A stretch of DNA of 64,000 nt from a bacterium (GTDB lineage Bacteria; SAR324; NAC60-12): contig CBDBHR010000028.1 in assembly GCA_965205865.1 (NCBI GenBank), positions 1-64,000 of the forward strand, in the 5' to 3' direction. The position numbers and the translations under genes were made by a program. The stretch's first letter is position 1, and each line of letters begins with the position of its first letter. This document shows positions 61,911 to 64,000 of this stretch, in pieces. The notes under the pieces were generated by a model. It did no database searches and had not been told where the DNA came from. It saw nothing but the letters and a program-made list of their open reading frames with translations.

Positions 61911-63606
61911 CCTAAATCCTGCAATTGAATATTTTGATTGAGTTTCCCCCCACTCTTTGAGAGGTTTTTTTAAAAAAAAGGATTTGAGAGTTGAATTTCC
62001 ATCAGTCCTTGCTCATAAAGGTTTTTCCGCCCTCCATTAGATCGTCATATTTTGTGATGATCTGATACCCGCTTTCGCGGGCACAAGATTCAAGACGTAC
62101 TTCTCCCTGGATTTGGGAATCTACATCTCAGCAAAATGTATCCACTGGAGTGAAACAAAGGATCCAGGTCTCTCCAACAGCGACCCATGCATCCCATTGA
62201 GCATTGTAAAGTGTTCTTTCCGGAACTCTCAGTTTTTGTTGACGAGCGCCACTCGTCCATTTTCCTGCCATTCGGACAAGATAGGTGCGCATGGTGGCCG
62301 GTTCCCAACGGCGCAGTATTGCGTTACCACTACAAAGGGCCATCCAGCGCAGCGTGTTGTAAGCGAGTATCGCGCATTGGAACAAGGCACTGTTGGCCCA
62401 AAAATCGTCGGTTTTAATCTGAGCCAGCGCAGTTTGATTTTTTGCTTCCTCAATCCATGTCTCAGCGACCGCCCTTTGGCCATACTCTTTGTGAGCCTGC
62501 CAGGGAGTGAGCGCGTCAGTGAGAACATAACAAAAATAATCGTACTCCTTCATCTCAAAGAGGGTGGCCATCCCTTTGAGTTCCTCCTCTTTCTCCCTGC
62601 GTACGGCCATGAATTTTCTTGACCTCCTCCAAGTTTCACATTGGTGGGAAAACTCACACCCTTCCCAAGCGGGCTGCCCCTTCACTTTTTGCCATTTTTG
62701 GGTTTCCAACAACGAGACAAGCCCCTTGAGTTTGACCTTGATCAGATAGCCATGGCCTCGTTCTTCGAGGAAATCCAGCAAATCCCCCACAAAAAAACCA
62801 CTGTCTCCACGAAACAGAGTGCGAGTCCGATTTGGAAGGTGAGCGAGAAGTTGCCGCATGAATTCAACGACTCCATTGCTGGTATAGGCACTCCCATCAC
62901 GAAGCCAACCCTGAAGAATCTCCTTTGTCTCTGCGCAAAATGCCAGCAGAGGATGATACGAAGCTGCACCGCGTTTGTGGGGATTATATCCGACAGACAC
63001 TCCTTGCTGCTTGCCGTAGGCCGTTTTCACAGTGGAGTCCACGTCAATCACAAGACAGTGTAACACCCCAACGATGCTTGTCCCACTTCGAAGCGCCTTA
63101 CGCCAGATACCGGCTCGAATCCGATGGTTCAAGCTCTCCATCTCATTGATGTTTTTCTGTGTGAAAGTACGCAGTATCCGGCCGAATGTGGTTTCATCCG
63201 GAATCCTCAGCCAACCGGCCACACGACTCAAAACACGGTCGTTCCAAACTGTCACAATCGAACGAATCGAACGGGCGCCACCAACAATGCCGACCACCGA
63301 CAAAATGACCATGTCCACCGCGTCATAAAGACCCGTGGCGCCACGCCGATGATCTACGGTCTGCTCTGTCTTTGAAACAATCCCTTCTTTGTGAAAAAAT
63401 TTGACAACCGGAATCAAGCCTGCTTGCGCGGTCAGGTCTCTGCCTCCCTGGCTGATATGGATGTTTTTTGCTGTCGTTCTTGCCGATCTTGCGCTACCTT
63501 TGTTTTTCATGGTAATGGTGATCTCTTAAAATGTTGATTCTGGTGTTAACTATTTGAGTATATTACCATTTCCATGTTTGATTGTCATCTAATTGCAGGA
63601 TTTAGG
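61911..63606 (-). mobile_element. complete IS1380-family element (1696 bp)
   Basis: 16-bp TIR CCTAAATCCTGCAATT / AATTGCAGGATTTAGG; TATCA duplicated at 61906-61910 and 63607-63611. Confidence 0.93.
62128..63510 (-). CDS. IS1380-family transposase
   Basis: LTAQAGL, IDVDST, YHPL, RGDSGF, YGQRAVAETWIEEAK. Confidence 0.95.
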   Translation of the reverse strand: MKNKGSARSARTTAKNIHISQGGRDLTAQAGLIPVVKFFHKEGIVSKTEQTVDHRRGATGLYDAVDMVILSVVGIVGGARSIRSIVTVWNDRVLSRVAGWLRIPDETTFGRILRTFTQKNINEMESLNHRIRAGIWRKALRSGTSIVGVLHCLVIDVDSTVKTAYGKQQGVSVGYNPHKRGAASYHPLLAFCAETKEILQGWLRDGSAYTSNGVVEFMRQLLAHLPNRTRTLFRGDSGFFVGDLLDFLEERGHGYLIKVKLKGLVSLLETQKWQKVKGQPAWEGCEFSHQCETWRRSRKFMAVRREKEEELKGMATLFEMKEYDYFCYVLTDALTPWQAHKEYGQRAVAETWIEEAKNQTALAQIKTDDFWANSALFQCAILAYNTLRWMALCSGNAILRRWEPATMRTYLVRMAGKWTSGARQQKLRVPERTLYNAQWDAWVAVGETWILCFTPVDTFC

Positions 63607-63613
63607 TATCATT

Positions 63614-64000
63614 AAAAAAGATTCCCGGGGAGGATCAATCGTTTTCAATTCCTCTCACGATATTGTTCAATCGATCGGGAACCTTCTCTGTCACTAAAAC
63701 AACTTAACGAAGGCATGATTCTAGCACTATAATGTAATGTCAACCCCCCAAGGCAAAATAAATGCGGGATTCGCAAAAAAAACAAAAAATCAATAAATCT
63801 GCTCAAATCCGGGGACAGTCAGAAGCCGTTCAGTTCAATAACGTTGAAAAAAGATTCCCGGCAAGGATCAATCGTTTTCACATCCTCCCGGGGTATTGTT
63901 CAATCGATCGAGCGGGAACCCTCCCACAGCTAATTTTGAATCAAACGAGCGGAAGTCCTCTCCTTCCCTAAAACAACAAGGCATGATTTCAGCACTACTA
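63614..64000. repeat. degenerate direct repeat x2 (~233-bp period) in non-coding DNA
   Basis: AAAAAAGATTCCCGG..AGGATCAATCGTTTTCA..TATTGTTCAATCGATCG..CGGGAACC..TAAAACAAC..AAGGCATGATT..AGCACTA at 63614 and 63847. Confidence 0.8.

Overview
Bacterial chromosomal window, about 45% GC by eye. Gene content (class I aldolase, MetH, SahR-like regulator, many PhyH and ABC genes) suggests a Deltaproteobacteria/SAR324-like organism; this is inference only. Intact core blocks: fda; JAB peptidase + cystathionine gamma-synthase-like + SahR-like + metH; orphan nuoM; iscR-iscS-iscU-hscB-hscA-tyrS; tRNA-Val, tRNA-Asp and csp; ribH; pcm-galU-rluA-like-pgm; clpP; an aldo/keto reductase and an OYE-like gene. These alternate with eroded accessory DNA (about 21.5-43.5 kb and 51.7-64 kb). 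The accessory DNA holds catabolic and transport pseudogenes, four TA loci, complete IS1595, IS110 and IS1380 elements, IS remnants, a tyrosine recombinase and several palindromic repeat families. The most notable structure is a pair of ORF-less group II introns that share a CAGGCT 5' exon and are both followed by the same palindromic repeat, whose loop is inverted between the copies; empty copies of the target arm occur elsewhere. Other leads: TGTC-type palindromes arrayed directly before a GIY-YIG gene, a ~45-bp motif bordering unrelated TA modules, an IS110 with a candidate bridge-RNA end, an APC-RCK-EIIA fusion absent from the ORF track, and a possible sulfur-carrier route to homocysteine. 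All calls are by eye; no searches were run.
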